DNA of 32,588 bases from Nemertoderma westbladi (GCA_032718475.1 JAUCBJ010007410.1:1-32588); one strand, 5' to 3'; positions 1-11,456 are shown, numbered from the stretch's first letter. Notes: generated by a model not told the origin, from the sequence alone. Made by a program: numbers and translations.

Positions 1-667
1 TAGATCCACAAGGGGAAAAGTTCCAAACAATTCAACGTATTCAATATTATGACGAGTTCGGGAAAGGCTTGGGTGGCATCCAGAGCCGAAAGATTGGCAG
101 GAATGTATAAAGCGTTACAAACTCCTAAGTTCAAAGTTGTAATAAAACACTCTTATTAATAAAACCTAATTGTAATAATATATTTTATTCTTAAATTGTT
201 ACTTTTTCGCGTGAATATACCATAAAATCGGGAGAAAAAGTTTCACTTTTTATCCCTAGGGAAAAAAAGAAATCAATACGAATGCATTGATTTTACTTTT
301 TTCCCGGCGAAGTAATCCCGGCGCAAGTAATTTGAGCAAAATCCATTCACTCACTCAAAAGTTATTGCAACTTTAGTGTCTGCAAGGCGAACACCAAAAC
401 GGAACTCAATATCCAATATTGGTTTATGTAGTTAATCGGCTCTCTAGTTACGTAATAAATATTCGAGAACAATAAATTATTTAACATTGAGTAAGGTAGC
501 ATCAGGAGTTGAAGAGTACAATAATTTTAATCGCAGTAACTATGGAAACAATATAGTAAAATACTGCAGTTAAATTTATTTTGTAACACTACTCTACTGT
601 AGTAAATCGCTATGTTTTATTAAAGAATTTAGCAACAAAAACGTACAAATTTAAGAATAAAATTACG

Positions 668-800
668 TATTACATGGGAAAAAAACGTAGAACATTTTTT
701 TTTCAATATTCCCTCGACCCTTTATTAACCTCGCTGACGCTCGGTAATTAAAATGCTTCGAGAATAATGAAAAAAAGTTATACTGTTTTCCCATGTAATA
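668..800. repeat. ~130 bp imperfect palindrome/hairpin, probably a DNA-transposon terminus or MITE
   Basis: TATTACATGGGAAAA (668-682) is the exact reverse complement of TTTTCCCATGTAATA (786-800). Further imperfect arms are nested around a central CCTCGCTGACGCTCGG. Confidence 0.55.
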
Positions 801-944
801 AATATTTATTATTTGTTGTAAGTCACTTATTTTTTATTACATTAATCCATTAATCCGTCCATTAATATTTTCAAAATCGCAACTTCGCAAACGGTCACGC
901 ATATATTTAAACACATATATTTAAATATATATAAATAAAATAAA

Positions 945-1059
945 ACACTCACCAACTACTTGACCCCCATCTCTACTCAGCCTCTAGGCGACTTCGACTT
1001 AGACCTTCCCAATACCTACAACCTCCCGTTAAGACCCATATCAACAGTTTCCGGTATCG
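945..1059 (+). pseudogene. Zinc-finger gene copy 1, 3' remnant of exon 1
   Basis: Translates TLTNYLTPISTQPLGDFDLDLPNTYNLPLRPISTVSGI, versus TLTNYLTPISTQPLGDYDVDLANTYNLQFRPKSTVSGI in copy 2. It ends at the same G|GTGAGT donor (1060). Homology stops abruptly upstream of 945 at an AT/A-rich tract. Confidence 0.85.
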
Positions 1060-1125
1060 GTGAGTTACTATGTGTTAGATTAAACAACATTTAGTCCATA
1101 TTGCCTGCAAAGGAAACACCATAGT

Positions 1126-1709
1126 CGTATAATAAGATAAAAGCTTCTGGGGTCTTTCCTCCGATTATATTATAATTATAGTTAATTCAGTAATTAATGC
1201 ATTTAAATCCAATATTTACACTACACTACTACACTACACTACATTTACGCTACTACACTACATCTACTGCTGTACTGGTTACAGAAGTACACAAAATAGT
1301 ACCGGTGAAACAAATCTGAAGGAATTACAGTAGGTCCTTACCCTTAGGAATTAAGTCACAAATTAATAATAATTAACTGCACATTGATTCAGGAAAAAAT
1401 GTAAGTTACTGTACAATAATTCAGGAAAATTAAGATAGGATACTTTAATTCATTGAAAATAAGCTAAAATTAAATCACCAAATCAATGACAACTCGCAAG
1501 CGCAGACAGAGCTGCAAACCAAAACATTTAATTCAGGAAAATAAGGTACTGTACGTAAATTTTTATGAATTAGGTCCTAAAAATGACTTTAATTATTAAT
1601 TAAGTCTGGAGATAAGAATTAATCGCCAAATCAATAACAACTCGCTAGCGCAGACAGAGCTGCAAACCAAAACAATTTAATTCAGGAAAGGCCGCTTGTC
1701 GATTTTTAT
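1126..1709. mobile_element. 584 bp unclassified insertion in the intron of copy 1
   Basis: Flanked by a 13-bp direct repeat, GAAACACCATAGT (1113-1125) / GAAACACCAAAGT (1710-1722). Copy 2 has a single GAAACGCCATAGT at ~27002. It contains (CTACA)n and a ~70 bp internal direct repeat (~1468-1539, ~1617-1689). Confidence 0.7.
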
Positions 1710-2405
1710 GAAACACCAAAGTGGATGACAAAACTAAAGCTAAAATATTTGCCGAGGACCTGAGGTGCTTGGTGAAAATTGTAACAATGACAATAGCAAT
1801 ACGGTCGTTTTTTGCGATGAGTGTACACCCTTGTCTACTGTAGATTTTTCCCCTGTTAGGGTTCTTACTGTTTTAAACGTAATTCCTGCCAAGAAAAGTA
1901 GGACACCCGACAACTTGCCGAGTATTATATGTGTGAGTGGGTGGGTGTGTGAGTATGTATATGGGGCGAGCCATGGAGTAAGTATATATGTTTATATTCA
2001 TATGAGTGTGTGTTGGGGTGTCAGTACGGGGCGAGCCATGTAGTAAGTAAATATTATGATTGTATTACGTGCTAAAGTATAGCTAATTGAGATAGTGTAG
2101 GAGTGTCAGAGCAGAACAGTGCATGGTAGCGGTCGATACACGTGTATGTGGTGAGAAGCTTAGTGTAGACTGTAATATTACCCCCAACTATTCATATTTG
2201 TTTTCAATTTTGACGTTGTTCCCCATGTAAGTAAATCTGTCGGTATGTCCTAGTCGCCCCCTTTTCTGAATTTAAACCACTTTCGTTTTCTTTAAATTGA
2301 CTACCATCCGGTTGGTTTGGCACCATATATGTAAAACATTTAAACCGTGTTGTGGCTGAGTTTGCATAGAAGAAATGGTTATCTGCGTAAAATATTATTT
2401 TGAGA

Positions 2406-5400
2406 TCTAATAGTTGTTTCTTTGAGACATTTTGAGTTGAAACAAAGTTTACTGTGTTCCAGTTCTTGTCTACTATTGTGTGTTATAAAGAGATGTTTAC
2501 TAGTAGATTTCTCTAATAGTTTTTATTTGCGACATTCGGAGTTGAACCAAGGTTTACTGTGTTCCAGCTCTTGTCTACTATTGTGTGTTGTAGAGAGATG
2601 TTTGCTAGTAGATTTCTCTAATAGTTGTTTCTTTGCGACATTCGGAGTTGAACCAAGGTTTACTGTGTTCCAGCTCTTGTCTACTATTGTGTGTAGAGAG
2701 ATGTTTGCTAGTAGATTTCTCTAATAGTTTTTCTTTGCGACATTCGGAGTTGAACCAAGGTTTACTGTGTTCCAGCTCTTGTCTACTATTGTGTGTTGTA
2801 GAGAGATGTTTGCTAGTAGATTTCTCTAATAGTTGTTTCTTTGCGACATTCGGAGTTGAACCAAGGTTTACTGTGTTCCAGCTCTTGTCTACTATTGTGT
2901 GTTGTAGAGAGATGTTTGCTAGTATATTTCTCTAATAGTTGTTTCTTTGCGACATTCGGAGTTGAACCAAGGTTTACTGTGTTCCAGCTCTTGTCTACTA
3001 TTGTGTGTTTAGAGAGATGTTTGCTAGTAGATTTCTCTAATAGTTGTTTCTTTGCGACATTCGGAGTTGAACCAAGGTTTACTGTGTTCCAGCTCTTGTC
3101 TACTATTGTGTGTTGTAGAGAGATGTTTGCTAGTAGATTTCTCTAATAGTTGTTTCTTTGCGACATTCGGAGTTGAACCAAGGTTTACTGTGTTCCAGCT
3201 CTTGTCTACTATTGTGTGTTGTAGAGAGATGTTTGCTAGTAGATTTCTCTAATAGTTGTTTCTTTGCGACATTCGGAGTTGAACCAAGGTTTACTGTGTT
3301 CCAGCTCTTGTCTACTATTTGTGTTGTAGAGAGATGTTTGCTAGTAGATTTCTCTAATAGTTGTTTCTTTGCGACATTCGGAGTTGAACCAAGGTTTACT
3401 GTGTTCCAGCTCTTGTCTACTATTGTGTGTTGTAGAGAGATGTTTGCTAGTAGATTTCTCTAATAGTTGTTTCTTTGCGACATTCGGAGTTGAACCAAGG
3501 TTTACTGTGTTCCAGCTCTTGTCTACTATTGTGTGTTGTAGAGAGATGTTTGCTAGTAGATTTCTCTAATAGTTGTTTCTTTGCGACATTCGGAGTTGAA
3601 CCAAGGTTTACTGTGTTCCAGCTCTTGTCTACTATTTGTGTTGTAGAGAGATGTTTGCTAGTAGATTTCTCTAATAGTTGTTTCTTTGCGACATTCGGAG
3701 TTGAACCAAGGTTTACTGTGTTCCAGCTCTTGTCTACTATTGTGTGTTGTAGAGAGATGTTTGCTAGTAGATTTCTCTAATAGTTGTTTCTTTGCGACAT
3801 TCGGAGTTGAACCAAAGTTTACTGTGTTCCAGCTCTTGTCTACTATTGTGTGTTGTAGAGAGATGTTTGCTAGTAGATTTCTCTAATAGTTGTTTCTTTG
3901 CGACATTCGGAGTTGAACCAAGGTTTACTGTGTTCCAGCTCTTGTCTACTATTGTGTGTTGTAGAGAGATGTTTGCTAGTAGATTTCTCTAATAGTTGTT
4001 TCTTTGCGACATTCGGAGTTGAACCAAAGTTTACTGTGTTCCAGCTCTTGTCTACTATTGTGTGTTGTAGAGAGATGTTTGCTAGTAGATTTCTCTAATA
4101 GTTGTTTCTTTGCGACATTCGGAGTTGAACCAAGGTTTACTGTGTTCCAGCTCTTGTCTACTATTGTGTGTTGTAGAGAGATGTTTGCTAGTAGATTTCT
4201 CTAATAGTTGTTTCTTTGCGACATTCGGAGTTGAACCAAGGTTTACTGTGTTCCAGCTCTTGTCTACTATTGTGTGTAGAGAGATGTTTGCTAGTAGATT
4301 TCTCTAATAGTTGTTTCTTTGCGACATTCGGAGTTGAACCAAGGTTTACTGTGTTCCAGCTCTTGTCTACTATTGTGTGTTGTAGAGAGATGTTTGCTAG
4401 TAGATTTCTCTAATAGTTGTTTCTTTGCGACATTCGGAGTTGAACCAAGGTTTACTGTGTTCCAGCTCTTGTCTACTATTGTGTGTAGAGAGATGTTTGC
4501 TAGTAGATTTCTCTAATAGTTGTTTCTTTGCGACATTCGGAGTTGAACCAAGGTTTACTGTGTTCCAGCTCTTGCCTACTATTGTGTGTTGTAGAGAGAT
4601 GTTTGCTAGTAGATTTCTCTAATAGTTGTTTCTTTGAGACATTTTGAGTTGAAACAAAGTTTACTGTGTTCCAGTTCTTGTCTACTATTGTGTGTTATAA
4701 AGAGATGTTTACTAGTAGATTTCTCTAATAGTTGTTTCTTTGCGACATTCGGAGTTGAACCAAGGTTTACTGTGTTCCAGCTCTTGTCTACTATTGTGTG
4801 TTGTAGAGAGATGTTTGCTAGTAGATTTCTCTAATAGTTGTTTCTTTGCGACATTCGGAGTTGAACCAAGGTTTACTGTGTTCCAGCTCTTGTCTACTAT
4901 TGTGTGTTGTAGAGAGATGTTTGCTAGTAGATTTCTCTAATAGTTGTTTCTTTGCGACATTCGGAGTTGAACCAAGGTTTACTGTGTTCCAGCTCTTGTC
5001 TACTATTGTGTGTTTAGAGAGATGTTTGCTAGTAGATTTCTCTAATAGTTGTTTCTTTGCGACATTCGGAGTTGAACCAAGGTTTACTGTGTTCCAGCTC
5101 TTGTCTACTATTGTGTGTTGTAGAGAGATGTTTGCTAGTATATTTCTCTAATAGTTGTTTTTTGCGACATTCGGAATTGAACCAAGGTTTACTGTGTTCC
5201 AGCTCTTGTCTACTATTGTGTGTAGAGAGATGTTTGCTAGTAGATTTCTCTAATAGTTGTTTCTTTGCGACATTCGGAGTTGAACCAAGGTTTACTGTGT
5301 TCCAGCTCTTGTCTACTATTGTTGTGTAGAGAGATGTTTGCTAGTAGATTTCTCTAATAGTTGTTTCTTTGCGACATTCGGAGTTGAACCAAGGTTTACT

Positions 5401-5950
5401 GTGTTCCAGCTCTTGTCTACTATTGTGTGTAGAGAGATGTTTGCTAGTAGATTTCTCTAATAGTTGTTTCTTTGCGACATTCGGAGTTGAACCAAGGTTT
5501 ACTGTGTTCCAGCTCTTGTCTACTATTGTGTGTAGAGAGATGTTTGCTAGTAGATTTCTCTAATAGTTGTTTCTTTGCGACATTCGGAGTTGAACAAAGG
5601 TTTACTGTGTTCCAGCTCTTGCCTACTATTGTGTGTTGTAGAGAGATGTTTGCTAGTATATTTCTCTAATAGTTGTTTCTTTGCGACATTCGGAGTTGAA
5701 ACAAGGTTTACTGTGTTCCAGCTCTTGCCTACTATTGTGTGTAGAGAGATGTTTGCTAGTAGATTTCTCTAATAGTTGTTTCTTTGCGACATTCGGAGTT
5801 GAACCAAGGTTTACTGTGTTCCAGCTCTTGTCTACTATTGTGTGTAGAGAGATGTTTGCTAGTATATTTCTCTAATAGTTGTTTCTTTGCGACATTCGGA
5901 GTTGAACCAAGGTTTACTGTGTTCCAGCTCTTTTCTGCTATTGTGTGTTG
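2406..5950. repeat. 106/103-bp tandem satellite, ~33-34 copies, intronic
   Basis: Unit TCTAATAGTTGTTTCTTTGCGACATTCGGAGTTGAACCAAGGTTTACTGTGTTCCAGCTCTTGTCTACTATTGTGTG(TTG)TAGAGAGATGTTTGCTAGTAGATTTC is repeated head to tail and near-identical, with no unique spacers. Confidence 0.98.
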
Positions 5951-6066
5951 AATTTTCTATGATTTTTGTGATTTTTGTGTTATTGTTCAATTATTGCATT
6001 ACTTACATACTGTTATGATTTGAATCAATATTCTCCATTATTAATCCACACCATTACTTTCTCTAG

Positions 6067-6722
6067 GTGGCCAATCACAAACATCCCCCGATGATTCAGA
6101 CATGCTCGCTTCCGACGATGACGTAACACCCGGAAGTATAAATAATCCCTTCCTCCAACCTGGTCCCTCTGAGATTCAACCCCAGGGCATTGTGAAAAAA
6201 AGTCGCACCAATGAGAAGCAGTTCAGCTGTGATACTTGTGGTAAAGCGTTCGCAACGAACAGCAACCTAATTATACACCAACGGATCCACACCGGCGAGC
6301 GACCTTACCAATGCGGCATCTGTAACAAACGTTTCTCTCAACTAAGTTCCCTAAAGATACACATACGTACGCATAGTGGAGAGAAACCGTATAACTGCAA
6401 CCTGTGTGAGAAAAGTTTCTCTCAACTAAGTACCCTAAACGCACACAAACGTACGCACAGTGGTGAGAGACCGTACGTGTGCGACACGTGCGGTATGGGA
6501 TTTATGCAGAGCAGCAATCTAACGCGCCACAAGAGATTACATACAGGTGAACGACCGTTTAGCTGCGATACATGCGGTAAATGTTTCTCCCACCGATATC
6601 AAGTAAAGCAGCCACAAATGTATCCGCAGTGGGGAGACTCTGTAACTGTAATGTTTGTAAGAAACGTTTATCTACTTCCGGTGATATTGTTGGACACAGA
6701 TAAACTAAAATTCTGTATGTAG
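6067..6722 (+). CDS. C2H2 zinc-finger exon, copy 1 (4 complete fingers plus a frameshifted fifth; possibly a pseudogene)
   Basis: Acceptor TTTCTCTAG|G at 6066/6067 is in frame with the phase-1 donor at 1060. CxxC...HxxxH repeats have TGERP/SGEKP linkers. A +1 nt difference near 6609 relative to copy 2 shifts the frame after HRYQVK. Confidence 0.9.
6644..6703 (+). pseudogene. Relic sixth zinc finger, out of frame (same at 29782-29841)
   Basis: Reads NCNVCKKRLSTSGDIVGHR*, with correct CxxC-x12-H spacing, directly after an SGET linker. Confidence 0.6.
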
Positions 6723-7108
6723 TTAGTTGTAGATTATGTTGATTAAATTTAAAAACAGTTAGATTATCAGAAGAAATTTAAAGAACCAAATATTTACATT
6801 AACGACATTATAACATTATATTATCGCGAAGTGTGAAATGGATGTGGGGAAAGTTGGATATATGTAAACCAAATTGATTCCTGTTATTACCAAATAAATT
6901 CTGACTCACCCACTAAGAAGGGGGGATGGCAAACTATCTCTGTTACACATTTTTTGCAATTTTGTTATTATTAAAAAATATTTATAAGACGTCGTATACA
7001 CGATGTTCTAGACTTACAGTAAAAAAATAATAACTTGACCCATATAAAATAACATAAAATTATTTGAAAAAGGTTCAATAAAGAAAATAAAACGGGTGTA
7101 AACCCTAA

Positions 7109-7360
7109 GCAGACACTGGTGCAGACAGTGGTGCAGACAGTGGCGCAGACACCTGGTACAGACAGTGGTGCAGACAGTGGCGCAGACACCTGGTACAGAC
7201 AGTGGTGCAGACAGTGGTGCAGACAGTGATGCAGACAGTGGTGCAGACACCTGGTGCAGACACTGGTGTAGACACTGGTGCAGACAGTGGTGCAGATAGT
7301 GGTGCAGACAGTGGTGCAGATACTGATGCAGACACTGGTGCAGACAGTAGTGTAGACAGT
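7109..7360. repeat. 12-bp minisatellite (GCAGACAGTGGT)n, left arm of the Foldback element
   Basis: About 20 tandem units, reverse complement of the array at 9084-11456. Confidence 0.97.
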
Positions 7361-7985
7361 AAAGGAGCAGGTTTCAGAGGAGTATTGGGGGAACCAAAAC
7401 AATAAACGTTATTGTTTTGCGGGCCAAGAATACCCACGGGCTAAGAATACTCGCGGGCTAAGAATTCCTGAGACCTTACTGTAGTTAGTGAATGTATATC
7501 CCCAGCACGAGACAATAACTTAATTAGCTCGTTTATTATAATAAGCAGTGGCTCCAGTAAAGGTAAACAAATTAAAAATACTCTGTTTAAAGTAGGTCAT
7601 GTATAAACAAGCAAACACTGTCGCTTAAACCTCATTCCTTGGAGACATTGCTGCTTCCAACTAGAAAGCCAGCAAGCTGGCTGGAAGGAGCCCGGGGGAA
7701 ATATCCTAGCCAAGTCTATTACAAAGAACTATGTCAGTCAGCAGTAAGTAAACTAAAATTGTCTAAACTGCAGGCGTGAGGCTAGCTGACTTTGTGGCTC
7801 GCCCCACATAATAAAAATGCAACTTAGCTACCACTAACAAAAATATAATATGAAGCAAATAATTTCATTATCAAGCATGTTTACAAGATATAAGATACGA
7901 TTACCGAATATTTATAAAAAATGCCCATGATGCACAACCAGATAAATAACAACGAATAGAGCCAAATAACAAATTTAGTTTCCTT

Positions 7986-8835
7986 CTATAGGTATTACCC
8001 CCGTCGTCAAGCGGAATATCTCTTCCCAGACAAAACATTTTACAATCCACAGTGAGTATCGACTGCAATAGGACACAACACACTGCTTTGTGTAACTAAA
8101 ATTAATTATCCTGATCCACCCCTCAACATAGCGGAATGAGTAACCTTATTGTAGATATACCCTTAGGAAGCACTGGGAGAGCAATCAGCTTATGGGGTAA
8201 TACATTAGAAACCAACAGCTTATGTGTGAGTAAACATTGCCTTTCCTTATAGCCTACTAGTAAAACTTGGCAACCAACACGTTTTTCTATGACTGTGTAT
8301 AACATATTAAGCCATATTTCATCATGAACACCAGCTGTTATTTTACCATTGCTTTTAATTTCGCGACAAAACAATGTCAAAAAACTAAATATATCGAATA
8401 CCACACATAGAATCGATCTGAAATTTTGTAACGCGATTATGAACCACCAAAGCAATGTACTTGCAAAATTTCATCAAAATCGCCAGGCAGGAAGTGCCTG
8501 AACCTGGATAATTATCAGTCAGTCAGTATGTCAGTCAGTGTAATGTATCCTGAGATTTTTACAGAAAGAATCCCTGAGATTCTTACAGTAAGTATCCCGC
8601 TGTCAAGCGGGCTCCTATAGAATCGATCTGAAATTTTGTAACGCGATTATGAACCACCAAAGCAATGTACTTGCAAAATTTCATCAAAATCGCCAGGCAG
8701 GAAGTGCCTTAACCTAGATAATTATCAGAAGTCAGTATGTCAGTCAGTGTAATGTATCCTGAGATTTTTACAGAAAGTATCCCTGAGATTCTTACAGTAA
8801 GTATCCCGCTGTCAAGCGGGCTCCTAATTTATAGA
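7986..8835 (-). mobile_element. Possible non-autonomous Helitron-like (Lep1/DINE-1 style) element with a 210-bp internal tandem duplication
   Basis: Direct duplication 8407-8616 / 8617-8826. Hairpin CCCGCTGTCAAGCGGG occurs twice, with a relative at ~7998-8014. Also (CAGT)n tracts, an AAATTTCATCAAAATCG motif, and TCTATAAA on the minus strand at 8835. The class assignment is by resemblance only. Confidence 0.4.
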
Positions 8836-9083
8836 CATTATTGTTTATATGAAAACGGGAATACCGATTAATTACTTTCGTACACACCACTTATAATTAT
8901 TTGTAATCAGGGCACATTCACCCCCACGCACCCCGACTTGTACTACATACTTCCTCCCTACTTCATGTAGAACCTTTCAGTAGTTACTCGCATATTTGTA
9001 GATAATAAAGTCTATGATAAAATATAATATAATAGTGCCTGTTGCTATTGTGTTTTGTGGTACTCTGGTATTTCAGTATTTTC

Positions 9084-11456
9084 ACCAGGTGACTGCACCA
9101 GTGTCCTCACCAATGTCGGCACCACTGTTGGCATCACTATCTGCACCAGTGTCGGCACCACTATATGCAGCAGTTTCTGCACCACTGTCTGCGCCACTGT
9201 CTGCACCACTGTCTGCATCAGTGTCTGCACCACTGTCTACACCACTGTCGGCACCAGTGTCTGCATCAGTGTCTGCACCACTGCGTGCACTACTGTCTGC
9301 ACCAGTGTCTGCAACACTGTCTCCACCAAGTGTATGCACCACTGTCTGCACCACTGTCTGCACCAGTGTCTGCACCACTGTCTGCACCACTGTCTGCATC
9401 ACCGTCTGCACCAGTGTCTGCACCAGTGTCTGCACCAGTGTCTGAACCACTGTCTGCACCAATGTCTGCACCACTGTCTGCACCACTGTCTGCACCACTG
9501 TCTGCACCAGTGTCTGCACCAGTTTCTGCACCATTGTCTGCACCACTGTCTGCACCACTGTCTGCACCAGTGTCTGCACTATTGTCTGCAGCACTGTCTG
9601 CACCAGTGTCTGCACCACTGTCTACACCACTGTCTGCACCAGTGTCTGCATCAGTGTCTGCACCACTGCGTGCCCTACTGTCTGCACCAGTGTCTGCACC
9701 ACTGTCTGCACCAGTGTCTGCACCACTGTCTGCACCACTGTCTGCACCACTGTCTGCACCACTGTCTGCACCACTGTCTGCACCAGCTGTCTGCACCAGT
9801 GTCTGCACCAGTGTCTGCACCACTGTCTGCACCACTGTCTGCACCACTGTCTGCACCACTGTCTGCACCACTGTCTGCACCACTGTCTGCACCACTGTTT
9901 GCACCACTGTCTGCACCACTGTCTGCACCAGTGTCTGCACCACTGTCTGCAGCACTGTTTGCACTACTATCTGCACCAGTGTCTGCACCACTGTCTGCAC
10001 CATTGTCTGCACCACTGTCTGCACTAGTGTCTGCACCACTGTCTTCACCACTGTCTGCACCATTGTCTGCACTACTGTCTGCACCACTGTCTGCACCATT
10101 GTCTGCACCACTGTCTGCTCCAGTGTCTGCACCAGTGTCTGCATCAGTTTCTGCACCAGTGTCTGCACCAGTGTCTGCACCACTGTCTACACCACTGTCT
10201 GCACTACTGTCTGCACCAGTGTCTGTAGAACTGTCTGCACCACTGCCTGCACCACTGTCTGCACCAGTGTCTGCACCAGTGTCTGCACCACTGTCTGCAC
10301 CAGTGTCTGCACCACTGTCTGCACCACTGTCTGCACCAGTGTCTGCATCAGTGTCTGCACAACTGCGTGCACTACTGTCTGCACCAGTGTCTGCACCACT
10401 GTCTGAACCACTGTCTGCACCACGGTCTGCACCACTGTCTGCACCACTGTCTGCACCACTGTCTGCACCAGTGTCTGCACCAGTGTCTGCACCAGTGTCT
10501 GCACCACTGTCTGCACCACTGTCTGCACCACTGTATGCACCACTGTCTGCACCACTGTCTGCACCAGTGTCTGCACCACTGCGTGCACTATGTCTGCTCT
10601 GCACCAGTGTCTGCACCAGGTGTCTGCACCACTGTCTGCACCACTGTCTGCACCACTGTATGCACCACTGTCTGCACCAGTGTCTGCACCACTGCGTGCA
10701 CCACTGTCTGTACCAGTGTCTGCACCACTGTCTGCACAAGGTATCTGCACCACTGTCTGTACCACTGTCTGCACCAGTGTCGGCACCACTGTCTTCACCA
10801 GTGTCTGCACCACTGTCTGACCACTGTCTGCACCAGTGTCTGCACCACTGTCTGCACCACTGCGTGCACCACTGTCTGCACCAGTTTCTGCGCCACTGTC
10901 TGCACCACTGTCGGCACCACTGTCGGCACCAGTGTCTGCACCACTGTCTGCACCACTGTCGGCACCACTGTCCGCACCACTGTCTGAACCACTGTCGGCA
11001 CCACTGTCTGCACCAGTGTCTGCACCACTGTCTGCACCACTGTCTGCACCACTGTCTGCACCACAGTCTGCACCACTGTCTGCACCACTGTCTCCACCAC
11101 TGTCTGCACCACTGTCTGCACCACTGTCTGCACCACTGTCTCCAGCACTATCTGCACCACTGTCTGCACCACTGTCTGCACCACAGTCTGCACCACTGTC
11201 TCCACCACTGTCTGCACCACTGTCTGCACCACTGTCTGCACCACTGTCTGCACCACTGTCTGCACCACTGTCTCCACCACTCTCTGCACCACTGTCTGCA
11301 CCACGTCTGCACCACTGTCTGCACCACTGTCTGCACCAGGTGTCTGCACCACCGTCTGCACCACTGTCTGCACCACTGTCTGCACCACTGTTTCCACCAC
11401 TGTCTGCACCATTGTCTGCACCACTGTCTGCACCACTGCCTGCACCAGTGTCTGCT
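9084..11456. repeat. 12-bp minisatellite (ACCACTGTCTGC)n, right arm of the Foldback element
   Basis: About 2.4 kb, roughly 195-200 units, with CCAC/CCAG variants and occasional phase shifts. Confidence 0.98.

Noticed and set aside
1765-2043. 92-aa ORF and the related 87-aa ORF at 27045-27308
   Set aside because: Shared intronic sequence from the duplication, with different frames at both ends and no proper start.
2422-5875. Dozens of 64-101 aa ORFs (MRHSELNQG...), also at 28004-29055
   Set aside because: These are translations of a 106/103-bp satellite with TTG starts and a unit length not divisible by 3.
2406-5950. CRISPR array
   Set aside because: No unique spacers, no cas genes, and a eukaryotic context.
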